A stretch of DNA of 64,000 bases from contig CAVQBK010000006.1 of the NCBI GenBank assembly GCA_963710755.1, positions 144,977 through 208,976 on the forward strand, in the 5' to 3' direction. Position 1 is the first letter of the stretch. The number at the start of each line of letters is the position of its first letter. This document shows, one piece after another, positions 43,085-51,748 of the stretch. Both the position numbers and the translations under genes were made by a program. The notes under the pieces were generated by a model, which did no database searches, had not been told where the DNA came from, and saw only the letters and a program-made list of their open reading frames with translations. This DNA is from an uncultured bacterium. Lineage in GTDB: Bacteria; Oederibacteriota; JAAXVQ01; JAUVAV01.

Positions 43085-44509
43085 TTAAATATCGAAGTAA
43101 AGGGCAAATTCCCAGGGATGAGGCCGCAGGTCCATGGCCGCAGCTTCATTGTCGGTCTTATAGTCAATCCAGTTATCCACCACGTCCTGGGTGAAGACAT
43201 CACCTTTGGTCAAATAGCCGTGATCGCCGGACAGGGCACCCAAAGCTTCGCGCAAGGAACCGGGAGTCTTGGGAACCTGGGCTGCTTCTTCGGCCGGCAG
43301 ATCATAAATATTTTTATCCAAAGGCTGGCCAGGATGAATCTTGTTTTGGATACCATCGGCTGCTGCCATGGCAATGGCCGCAAAAGCCAGGTAAGGATTA
43401 CAGCTGGGATCAGGACAGCGGAATTCAATGCGTTTGGCTTTGGGAGAGTTGCTGTACATGGGGATACGCACGGCCGCGCTGCGGTTGCGGCTGGAATAAG
43501 CCAGATTCACGGGCGCTTCGAACCCGGGCACCAGGCGTTTATAGGAGTTGGTGGTGGGATTGGTGAAGGCCAGGAGTGAAGGCGCGTGTTTCAGGATACC
43601 GCCAATAGCATAGAGTGCGGTTTCGGAGAGGCCGGCATAACCGTCGCCGGCAAAGAGGTTCTTGCCGTCTTTCCACAGGGAGAAGTGGCAATGCATGCCG
43701 GAACCGTTGTCGCCAAAGAGCGGCTTGGGCATGAAGGTCACGGTCTTGCAGAATTCGCGGGCCGTGTTTTTAACCACGTATTTGAATTTGAGCAGGTTGT
43801 CGGCACACTGCACCAATTCACTAAACTTGGTGCCGATTTCGCACTGGCCGCCGGTGGCCACTTCATGATGGTGCAGTTCCACTTCAATACCGACTTTTTC
43901 CAGCTTCTCGGAAATTTCACTGCGCAGGTTGTGCATGGTGTCCATGGGCGGTACCGGGAAATAGCCTTCTTTATGGCGGATCTTATAGCCCAGGTTCGGA
44001 CCTTCATCGGTTCCGGTGTTCCACTTACCTTCCACTGAGTCAATGGAGTAATAACCTTCATGGGCATTTTGGTCAAAGCGGACATCATCAAAAACAAAGA
44101 ATTCCGGTTCAGGGCCGAAGAAGACCTGATCAGCCACACCAATGGATTTAAGGTAATTTACGGCCTTGATGGCCACATGGCGGGGATCACGGGTATAATC
44201 TTCACCGGTAATAGGATCACAGATGTTGCAGACCATCACCAAGGTTTTATGTGCCATGAAGGGGTCAATAAATGCCGATGACGGAACAGGTTTGATAAGC
44301 ATATCTGATTCATTAATGGCCTGCCAGCCGCGAATACTGGAACCATCGAACCCCTTGCCCTTTTCAAAGGTTTCTTCCTCAATGGCCGATGCCGGGTAGG
44401 TACAATGCTGCCATACGCCGGGAAAGTCCATGAAACGCAGGTCCACAAATTTAACTTCTTCTTTTTTAATCAAATCCAAAACATCTTTGGCTGTTTTAAT
44501 CTCACTCAT
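43085..44509 (-). CDS. glnA: Glutamine synthetase type I (adenylylatable form)
   Basis: [47 protein letters not shown]; adenylylation site DKNIYDL. Confidence 0.98.
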   Translation of the reverse strand: MSEIKTAKDVLDLIKKEEVKFVDLRFMDFPGVWQHCTYPASAIEEETFEKGKGFDGSSIRGWQAINESDMLIKPVPSSAFIDPFMAHKTLVMVCNICDPITGEDYTRDPRHVAIKAVNYLKSIGVADQVFFGPEPEFFVFDDVRFDQNAHEGYYSIDSVEGKWNTGTDEGPNLGYKIRHKEGYFPVPPMDTMHNLRSEISEKLEKVGIEVELHHHEVATGGQCEIGTKFSELVQCADNLLKFKYVVKNTAREFCKTVTFMPKPLFGDNGSGMHCHFSLWKDGKNLFAGDGYAGLSETALYAIGGILKHAPSLLAFTNPTTNSYKRLVPGFEAPVNLAYSSRNRSAAVRIPMYSNSPKAKRIEFRCPDPSCNPYLAFAAIAMAAADGIQNKIHPGQPLDKNIYDLPAEEAAQVPKTPGSLREALGALSGDHGYLTKGDVFTQDVVDNWIDYKTDNEAAAMDLRPHPWEFALYFDI

Positions 44510-44654
44510 TGATCAGACCTCCTTGATTTAGTAATAAAATTCAACGCTGAGCACTTTACCACAAAACTTTTTAAATGGATATGTCATTCCGTTTTTTTTC
44601 TATAATCGCGCCACCTCGTTTCGAACCCCCATGAATAAATTTAGGATAATAATT

Positions 44655-44670
44655 TGCAATTGTCATGCCA
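44655..44670 (-). promoter_or_regulatory. Sigma54 (-24/-12) promoter of glnA
   Basis: Minus strand TGGCATG-ACAA-TTGCA. Confidence 0.85.
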
Positions 44671-44898
44671 CTCCGGAAAATCGAGTCCCCTAAAGTAAAC
44701 GTTGTCCATTTAGGCTTGATAATCAAGTAAATTGTGAGGAAAAGGCTTGTTGAAACAATCAGGTTTCGCTAGACTTTTTCAGCATTTATTACGTTTGTGT
44801 AATACAAAGCCCGACATAATTACAATTGTGTGTCCGATAAATAATACGGTTACGGAGGCCGTAATCGCCGGTGACGCTGGCCCTGGCCGAAGCCAGGA

Positions 44899-46437
44899 CT
44901 AGGATTTGTAATATTTGGGCAGAATATTATATTTTCTAATCTTATAATTGAAAATACGCTCTGTCAATCCCAGGAGCATGCTGGCGTTTTTTTGATGGCC
45001 ATTGGTTTTTTTCAAGGCATCAATAATTAACTCTTTTTCCTTGTTGGCCATGATTTCATCAAAGGACCCCGGTGACGGCCCGGTCTCTTTTTTGTCAGCC
45101 ATGCGCAACGACGGCGGCAGATGCTCGGAACGGATCACGCCTTCCTGACACAGGAGCACCGCCCGCTCCAGGCAGTTTTCCAGTTCGCGCACATTACCCG
45201 GCCAATGATAGCTGGTTAACATCTCAATCGCCGGGGTGCTGATGCGCTTGATCTGCACATTGTTTTCCTTGCTGTATTTTTCCAAAAAATGGTCGGCCAA
45301 CAGCATGATGTCATCCTTACGCTCCCGCAGTGGTGGCAAATAAATGGGAAAAACATTGATGCGGTAATACAAATCCTCCCGGAAGCTCTGGGCAGCAATA
45401 GCTTCTTCCAGGTTTTTATTAGTGGCGGCCACCAGCCGCACATTGACTTTGATGGTCTGCCTGCCTCCCAGACGTTCAAATTCACGGGTCTGCAAAACCC
45501 TCAGCAGTTTCACCTGCAGGCTGGGTGGAAAATCCCCGATTTCATCCAAAAACAACGTGCCGCCCTGAGCCCATTCAAAGCGGCCGATTTTCCGGTCTAC
45601 TGCGCCCGTAAAAGCGCCCTTCTCATGACCGAACAGTTCACTTTCCAGCAGGGTTTCAGGAAAAGCGTTACAGTTGACTTTAATAAACGGTTTCTGTGCC
45701 CGGGCGCTCAGGTAATGCAGGGCATGGGCCACCAATTCCTTGCCCGTGCCGCTTTCTCCACGAATCAGGACCGTGGTCATGGAATCCGCAGCTTGTTCGA
45801 TAAGACGGTAAACTTCCTGCATGGCATTGGAGGTGCCGATCATGTTGGTCACATTGAAGCGCTGTTTTAAATCCAGTTTGAGCCGTAAATTTTCATCAGT
45901 CAGATTTTTTTTATCCAATTCCAGGCGACGGTTAAGTCGAATGGCCTGGGCAATCATGGGACTCATGATCTTCAAAAAACGGGCATCATTTTCCTGATGC
46001 CAACCCCCGCTAATTTCTTTGTCTACGCTCAGCGCGCCAATGGTTTTACCTTCCAGTTTAATCGGGACACAGATAAATGCCACTTGATGATTGCCTAAAT
46101 TAGCCCGGGCACCGGTCCGGTCAAGAAAGCGTGGATCCTTACGGATGTCAGGGATAATTACAGACCGGCCGGTCTGCACCACTTTACCCGTAATCCCTTC
46201 ACCGATCTGATATTTTCCCTGCTCCTGAGCCTTTTTGGAAAGGCCGTGGGCAAAGGAAATGGAAATCTTTTCCGTTTGTTCATCGAGCAAGGTGACTGTA
46301 CCACGATGCAATTTCAACTTTTCCGATAAAATTTTTAAAATAGACCGGATGATTTCATTAAGATCCGTATGATCAGCCAAAATCTTGGCGGTCGTGTGCA
46401 GCATCTCGATTTGATCTTCATGAATACTGGTGGCCAT
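44899..46437 (-). CDS. NifA-like sigma54 enhancer-binding protein (GAF-AAA+-HTH), probable nitrogen-assimilation activator
   Basis: N-terminal GAF domain, GESGTGKE Walker A, ELFGHEKGAFTGA, FLDEIGD, WPGNVRELEN, Fis-type HTH. Confidence 0.93.
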   Translation of the reverse strand: MATSIHEDQIEMLHTTAKILADHTDLNEIIRSILKILSEKLKLHRGTVTLLDEQTEKISISFAHGLSKKAQEQGKYQIGEGITGKVVQTGRSVIIPDIRKDPRFLDRTGARANLGNHQVAFICVPIKLEGKTIGALSVDKEISGGWHQENDARFLKIMSPMIAQAIRLNRRLELDKKNLTDENLRLKLDLKQRFNVTNMIGTSNAMQEVYRLIEQAADSMTTVLIRGESGTGKELVAHALHYLSARAQKPFIKVNCNAFPETLLESELFGHEKGAFTGAVDRKIGRFEWAQGGTLFLDEIGDFPPSLQVKLLRVLQTREFERLGGRQTIKVNVRLVAATNKNLEEAIAAQSFREDLYYRINVFPIYLPPLRERKDDIMLLADHFLEKYSKENNVQIKRISTPAIEMLTSYHWPGNVRELENCLERAVLLCQEGVIRSEHLPPSLRMADKKETGPSPGSFDEIMANKEKELIIDALKKTNGHQKNASMLLGLTERIFNYKIRKYNILPKYYKS

Positions 46438-46619
46438 AACTACTCCTAATCTATTTTACATTTTTGTATTTTACTAATACAAAAATACCATTTTGTCAAC
46501 AAATGCTTTATCGGGATCATCTCCTTTCCAGCCTGTGCGCACTGACCTTCGTTGGTAAAAGCGTGGCTATTAAACCCTTTTTCCGTTTTTTAACGCCAAT
46601 TTTCAGATCAACTTTTTTT

Positions 46620-46635
46620 TGGCATTTTTCTTGCA
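46620..46635 (+). promoter_or_regulatory. Sigma54 promoter of amtB1-glnK1
   Basis: TGGCATT-TTTC-TTGCA, about 68 nt before the ATG at 46703. Confidence 0.82.
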
Positions 46636-46702
46636 AAGACTATATCTGTTTCCCCCAATTCATCATAATCTATTTTTTTCCGGAGAGGAGCGGTCTGTCT
46701 TT

Positions 46703-48031
46703 ATGTTTAATCATTTCAAAACAAGTTTTAAAAAATGGGGTTTAAAAGTTATAGCTTTGGTCCTGCTTGGTCTGCCGGTGGTGGCTCAAGCTGCCGACGG
46801 TCATGCTATCAGCGCCGGTGACACCACTTTTATTATGATATCCTCAGCCCTGGTCATGCTGATGACGCCGGGATTGGGACTATTTTACGGTGGCATGGTG
46901 CGCCAGAAAAATGTGCTGGCCACCATCTTACAAAGTTTTGTGGTGTTGGGCCTGATCAGCATACAATGGGCACTGTTTGGGTATTCCCTTGCTTTCGGGC
47001 AGGATATGCACGGCCTGATCGGCGGGCTCAATTTTGTTTTTCTCAATGGTGTAGGCCAGACACCCAATGCAACCTATGCTCCCACTATTCCTCACGAAGC
47101 CTTTATGATTTTCCAGGCCATGTTTGCGGTCATTACGCCGGCACTGATCACCGGTGCTTTTGCCGAACGTTTCAAATTCAAGACCTATTTGGTATTCATG
47201 CTTTTATGGGCCACCTTGATCTATGATCCCATTGCCCACTGGGTCTGGGGCAACAATGGCTGGTTACGCAATCTGGGCGTCCTTGATTTCGCCGGAGGTA
47301 TTGTGGTGCATATCTCGGCAGGCTTTGCCGCCCTGGTGGTTTCCCTTATGATCGGCCGGCGCCGCGGTTATCCGCAAGCCAGCATTCTTCCCCACAACCT
47401 GACCATGGTGCTGCTGGGCACGGCTTTGTTGTGGTTCGGTTGGTTCGGGTTCAATGCCGGTTCGGCTTTAGCCGCCAACGGCCTGGCCATTTCCGCGTTC
47501 ATTGCCACCAACTTCGCCGGGTCCGCGGCCATGCTGGTATGGCTGTTGGTGGAATGGCTGGTCCGCGGCAAGCCCACCGCTCTGGGCGCGGCTTCGGGTG
47601 CCATTGCCGGGTTGGCGGCTGTAACCCCGGCTTCAGGATTTGTTGGTCCCATGGCTGCCCTGGCCATTGGCGCCGTGGCGTCCATTATCTGTTTTGGCGC
47701 CATTCAATTAAAGAACAAGTTTGGCTATGATGACAGTCTGGATGCTTTTGGTGTTCACGGTGTAGGCGGTATGTGGGGTGTGCTGGCCACGGGCTTATTC
47801 GCCAGTCTGGCCGTCAATCCCAACGGCGCCAACGGCCTGCTGCACGGCAACGCTCACCTTTTCCTGATTCAGGCCTTGGCCGTTGTGGTCGTCGCTGCTT
47901 ATTCGGTTGTGGGTACCTTTGTGCTTATTAAGGTTCTTGACCTGACCATGGGCATACGCGTGGCGGACCATGAAGAAGTCATTGGTTTGGATTTGACCCA
48001 ACACGGCGAAGCCGGTTATCATAATATGTAA
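46703..48031 (+). CDS. amtB: Ammonium transporter (copy 1)
   Basis: DFAGGIVVH and DAFGVHG twin-His motifs, [13 protein letters not shown]; ATG 46703 with GAGGAG upstream. Confidence 0.96.
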   Translation: MFNHFKTSFKKWGLKVIALVLLGLPVVAQAADGHAISAGDTTFIMISSALVMLMTPGLGLFYGGMVRQKNVLATILQSFVVLGLISIQWALFGYSLAFGQDMHGLIGGLNFVFLNGVGQTPNATYAPTIPHEAFMIFQAMFAVITPALITGAFAERFKFKTYLVFMLLWATLIYDPIAHWVWGNNGWLRNLGVLDFAGGIVVHISAGFAALVVSLMIGRRRGYPQASILPHNLTMVLLGTALLWFGWFGFNAGSALAANGLAISAFIATNFAGSAAMLVWLLVEWLVRGKPTALGAASGAIAGLAAVTPASGFVGPMAALAIGAVASIICFGAIQLKNKFGYDDSLDAFGVHGVGGMWGVLATGLFASLAVNPNGANGLLHGNAHLFLIQALAVVVVAAYSVVGTFVLIKVLDLTMGIRVADHEEVIGLDLTQHGEAGYHNM

Positions 48032-48039
48032 CTATGCCT

Positions 48040-48067
48040 GCGGGGACGAACCGTTGTTCGTCCCCTC
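48040..48067. repeat. REP-like hairpin between amtB1 and glnK1
   Basis: GCGGGGACGAACCGTTGTTCGTCCCCTC, 28 nt. Confidence 0.6.
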
Positions 48068-48087
48068 TCAACCTGGAGGATTAAATT

Positions 48088-48429
48088 ATGAAAAAGATCG
48101 AAGCTTTTATTCAACCGGAGCAGTTCGACAATGTGAAGAAGGAATTATTCAAAGCTGATATTCACAAGATGAGCGTTTCCCAGGTCAAAGGCTGCGGCCA
48201 GCAGAAAGGCTATACCGAGAGTTTCCGCGGCAATGTGGTGGAAATCAACCTGCTGCCCAAGACCAAAATTGAGATTGCCGTTAATGACCATTTTGTCAAA
48301 GCCACAGTAGACGCCATCATCAAGGGTGCCCGCACCGGTAATATTGGCGATGGAAAAATATTTGTTCTTGATTTACCCGAATGCATCCGGGTACGCACCG
48401 GCGAAACCGGCGAAGACGCCATCGGTTAG
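48088..48429 (+). CDS. glnK: P-II family nitrogen regulator (copy 1)
   Basis: [14 protein letters not shown]...IRVRTGE signature; follows amtB; GGAGG RBS. Confidence 0.95.
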   Translation: MKKIEAFIQPEQFDNVKKELFKADIHKMSVSQVKGCGQQKGYTESFRGNVVEINLLPKTKIEIAVNDHFVKATVDAIIKGARTGNIGDGKIFVLDLPECIRVRTGETGEDAIG

Positions 48430-48526
48430 ATTAACCTGCGGCTTGCCGCCTATCTCGTCGCCGCAGGCACGACTAATTATAACTCCTAAACGTCAGATTA
48501 GCATTTATCCCTTAAACACCAACCCT

Positions 48527-48615
48527 CTTCTCGCAGGAGAAGCCCGGGATGAGCTTGGACCCCCATGTCCTTCATCCCGGCGGTGGCCTCCCGGACCAGG
48601 TGTCCGGGAGGCCAT
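48527..48615 (+). ncRNA. Candidate structured 3'-UTR RNA (copy 1)
   Basis: CTTCTC/GAGAAG hairpin, CCGGGATGA...TCATCCCGG hairpin with CCCCAT loop, then a 13-bp GC-rich hairpin; homologous to 50726-50812. Confidence 0.5.
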
Positions 48616-48871
48616 AAATCTGCCTGCCTGGTTATGTGTGCTCCCAACCTCGTCTTTTTGCCCAATGTCATCGTCTCATACCGAACTTCCACCTATCGTG
48701 ATGACTTACCCTTTATATTACAATTTTGTTTTTCATTACATTATAATTTCTTTATTGTAATTTTTGTCACTGTCCTTAATGACGTCTTCGTCTTTTTCCA
48801 TTCTTATAAAAACCCTTTTTTTGTTAATCTTTTTTATGTTTTTGTACTGCCGATTAACCCTTACCTATCTT

Positions 48872-48887
48872 TGGCACTCTATTTGCA
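48872..48887 (+). promoter_or_regulatory. Sigma54 promoter of amtB2-glnK2
   Basis: TGGCACT-CTAT-TTGCA, about 65 nt before the ATG at 48952. Confidence 0.85.
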
Positions 48888-48951
48888 TAATACACATGCA
48901 AATCCTCATTACCATTTTGGCATCAACAAAGAGCAAAGGAGAATCACGTAA

Positions 48952-50280
48952 ATGAAATCAAAATTATTAAGCTTTACCAAATCCTGGGGTTTAAAACTGT
49001 TAGCCCTGGGATTACTGGGCTATCCTTCCGTGGCCAAGGCAGCAGACGGCATGCAAATCAGTGCCGGCGATACAACATTTGTCATGATCTCAGCAGCCCT
49101 GGTCATGCTCATGACCCCTGGTCTGGGTCTCTTTTATGGTGGCATGGTGAGGACAAAAAATGTATTGGGCACCATTATGCAAAGTTTTGCGGTGCTGGGC
49201 ATTATCACCCTGCAATGGTCGCTATGGGGCTACACTTTGGCCTTTGGCGGTGACATCGCCGGGCTGGTGGGCAACTTCCACTTCTTAGGCTTAACCGGCG
49301 TTGGCCAAGCCCCCAACCCTACTTATGCGGCCACAATTCCTCATCTGGCCTTCATGGTCTTCCAGGCTATGTTTGCCGTGATTACGCCGGCTCTGATTGC
49401 CGGCGCCTTGGCGGAACGTATTAAATTCTCCAGCTTCCTGGTCTTCGTCTTACTCTGGTCTACCTTGGTGTATGATCCCATTGCCCATTGGGTCTGGGGT
49501 GGCGGCTGGCTGGGTAAATTAGGAGCCTTGGACTTTGCCGGCGGTACCGTGGTCCATATTGCCTCCGGAGCTTCCGCCCTGGTATTGGCCTTGATCCTGG
49601 GCAAACGCCGCAGTTTGGCTACCGGGAACATCCTGCCCCACAATTTGACGATGGTACTCATCGGTACGGCCTTGCTGTGGTTCGGCTGGTTCGGGTTTAA
49701 CGCCGGTTCAGCCCTGGCGGCTAATGGGTTGGCGGTTTCCGCTTTTGTGGTCACCAATATATCAGCAGCAGCGGGCATGGTCTCTTGGGGCGTTCTGGAA
49801 TGGATGCTGCGGGGCAAGCCCACGGCTCTGGGTGCAGCCTCTGGGGCAGTTGCCGGTCTGGTGGCCATTACGCCGGCCGCGGGATTTGTGGGACCGCTCT
49901 CAGCTATCATCATTGGTCTGGTGGTTTCCCCTATTTGTTTTGGTGCCATCCAGCTTAAACATAAATTGGGCTATGACGACTCCCTGGATGCCTTTGGCGT
50001 TCATGGTGTGGGCGGAACCTGGGGGGCCTTGGCCACCGGTCTGTTTGCCTCGGTGGCCGTCAACAGCAACGGCGCCAACGGCTTGTTTTTCGGCAATCCC
50101 AAACAATTATGGATCCAACTCATTGCCGCTCTGGCCACGGCGGCTTATGCCATGGTGGGCACCTTTATAATCGCCAAAATCGTGGATAAGGTCATGGGGT
50201 TGCGCGTAGCAGAACACGAAGAATTAGTCGGGCTGGATTTAACCCAACACGGTGAAGCCGGCTATCATCAAATGCAATAA
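48952..50280 (+). CDS. amtB: Ammonium transporter (copy 2)
   Basis: DFAGGTVVH and DAFGVHG motifs; AAGGAG RBS. Confidence 0.96.
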   Translation: MKSKLLSFTKSWGLKLLALGLLGYPSVAKAADGMQISAGDTTFVMISAALVMLMTPGLGLFYGGMVRTKNVLGTIMQSFAVLGIITLQWSLWGYTLAFGGDIAGLVGNFHFLGLTGVGQAPNPTYAATIPHLAFMVFQAMFAVITPALIAGALAERIKFSSFLVFVLLWSTLVYDPIAHWVWGGGWLGKLGALDFAGGTVVHIASGASALVLALILGKRRSLATGNILPHNLTMVLIGTALLWFGWFGFNAGSALAANGLAVSAFVVTNISAAAGMVSWGVLEWMLRGKPTALGAASGAVAGLVAITPAAGFVGPLSAIIIGLVVSPICFGAIQLKHKLGYDDSLDAFGVHGVGGTWGALATGLFASVAVNSNGANGLFFGNPKQLWIQLIAALATAAYAMVGTFIIAKIVDKVMGLRVAEHEELVGLDLTQHGEAGYHQMQ

Positions 50281-50285
50281 TGCTT

Positions 50286-50313
50286 GTAGGGACGAACGAC
50301 CTTTCGCTCCTAC
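50286..50313. repeat. 28-nt GTAGGG-type REP between amtB2 and glnK2
   Basis: GTAGGGACGAACGACCTTTCGCTCCTAC. Confidence 0.65.
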
Positions 50314-50333
50314 TCAACCTGGAGGATTAATTC

Positions 50334-50675
50334 ATGAAAAAAATCGAAGCTTTTATTCAACCGGAACAGTTTGAAAATGTGAAGAAGGAATTATTCAAAG
50401 CTGATATTCACAAGATGAGCGTTTCCCAGGTCAAAGGCTGCGGCCAGCAGAAAGGCTATACCGAAAGTTTCCGCGGTAATGTGGTGGAAATCAACCTGCT
50501 GCCCAAGACCAAAATTGAGATCGCCGTCAATGACAATTTTGTCAAGGCCACCGTGGACGCCATCATCAAAGGTGCCCGCACCGGCCATATCGGTGATGGA
50601 AAAATATTTGTTCTTGATTTGCCCGACTGCATCCGGGTACGCACCGGCGAAACCGGCGAGGATGCGATTGGTTAA
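50334..50675 (+). CDS. glnK: P-II family nitrogen regulator (copy 2)
   Basis: 109/113 aa identical to copy 1. Confidence 0.95.
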   Translation: MKKIEAFIQPEQFENVKKELFKADIHKMSVSQVKGCGQQKGYTESFRGNVVEINLLPKTKIEIAVNDNFVKATVDAIIKGARTGHIGDGKIFVLDLPDCIRVRTGETGEDAIG

Positions 50676-50725
50676 CGTTTTTATCAACTGCTTACGACCC
50701 GCCTTATTGCCTTCACCCGCAGCGT

Positions 50726-50781
50726 CTTCTCCACCATGAGAAGGCCGGGATGATCTTGGACCCCCATTCCATCCATCCCGG
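50726..50781 (+). ncRNA. Candidate structured 3'-UTR RNA (copy 2)
   Basis: CTTCTC/GAGAAG hairpin and CCGGGATG...CATCCCGG hairpin with CCCCCAT loop. Confidence 0.5.
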
Positions 50782-50782
50782 T

Positions 50783-50812
50783 AAAGGGGCGCTCTCTGAG
50801 CGCCCCTTTTTT
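50783..50812 (+). terminator. Intrinsic terminator of amtB2-glnK2
   Basis: AAAGGGGCGCTC-tct-GAGCGCCCCTTT plus T run. Confidence 0.88.
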
Positions 50813-51105
50813 CTATGTCGCCTTATATATAAGCCGGTCGAACCCTGCCGCCTAGGATCAAGCCCAGGCGGACCAACAGACGCAACGCCGTGGCTGGATC
50901 CATTCCCAACCATCATATCCGGTTACGATCTATGTTAATTACAATGATGATCTTTAAGGGAAGATAAAATGCCCCACATGGATGAGCCTTGTCACAATAT
51001 AACCAAGGCTGACCAACCATCACAAGTCCCTCACCCTATGAAAATGGAGTGAAGGGATTGGCGGTTAGGACACAGCCTCGAACGCGGAGAATTTACCATG
51101 ACTTA

Positions 51106-51597
51106 TTAAAAATCGGTGGGAAAATTATAGGACATGAAAAGCCCGGAGCGGTTATCGTCATTGTAACGGGCGCAGTAGGTAAACCCGTTTTTTTCACAAA
51201 ACATCAGGGCTGGTTTATTGTTGGGACTGGTGGAGAGCAAGATTTCCATGTACTCCTGTTCGCGGCCGAATTGGAACACCTGGTTAAGCAGCGCTTGGCC
51301 AATACCTTGGCCGCGATGCTCGGTCAGGACATAAAGCCGTTTTAATTCACAAGTACGATGGGCCAAGGGCCTCACCGCTGCCAGACCCACTGCTTTGCTG
51401 TCTGCTTGCGGCCGGGCCAGCCAGACACCGCCCCTGGGCGCGGCATAAGTTTTTAAAGGGGCCGTCACATCCTGGTCGTGGCGGTAAAATTCGGGAGCAA
51501 TATTAAATTCTGTAAAAAAGGCCTTAATGAGGGCGCTAAACTCGGTCAGGTTGGACTTGGACAAAGGCTCGATTAACTGTTCCACTGATGACGACAC
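51106..51597 (-). CDS. GNAT family N-acetyltransferase
   Basis: CELKRLYVLTEHRGQGIGQALL acetyl-CoA-binding motif. Confidence 0.9.
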   Translation of the reverse strand: MSSSVEQLIEPLSKSNLTEFSALIKAFFTEFNIAPEFYRHDQDVTAPLKTYAAPRGGVWLARPQADSKAVGLAAVRPLAHRTCELKRLYVLTEHRGQGIGQALLNQVFQFGREQEYMEILLSTSPNNKPALMFCEKNGFTYCARYNDDNRSGLFMSYNFPTDF

Positions 51598-51692
51598 CTG
51601 GCTCTTTCTCCTCTACTGCTCTTGGGCCGATGCTTCGGTTCCTGCGAAGGCCTTGGTAAAAGCACCTCACTGCCAACATGTGCTTAAACAAA

Positions 51693-51719
51693 GTATCGGC
51701 GCTCAGGCTCATCCGATTA
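51693..51719 (-). promoter_or_regulatory. Possible sigma28-type promoter of the GNAT gene
   Basis: Minus strand TAAT-N15-GCCGATAC. Confidence 0.45.
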
Positions 51720-51748
51720 GCAGTCTGATTAAAAAATGGTTCCCGCGC

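Noticed and set aside
44510-44898. Glutamine (glnA) riboswitch upstream of glnA, gltB or amtB
   Set aside because: The conserved CGUUCA...CGGAAGUA...GAACG pattern was not found by eye; sigma54 elements explain the region.
44899-46437. Calling the regulator nifA and inferring nitrogen fixation
   Set aside because: No nif genes in the window; the context is glnA/amtB, and I found no canonical TGT-N10-ACA site at the three promoters.
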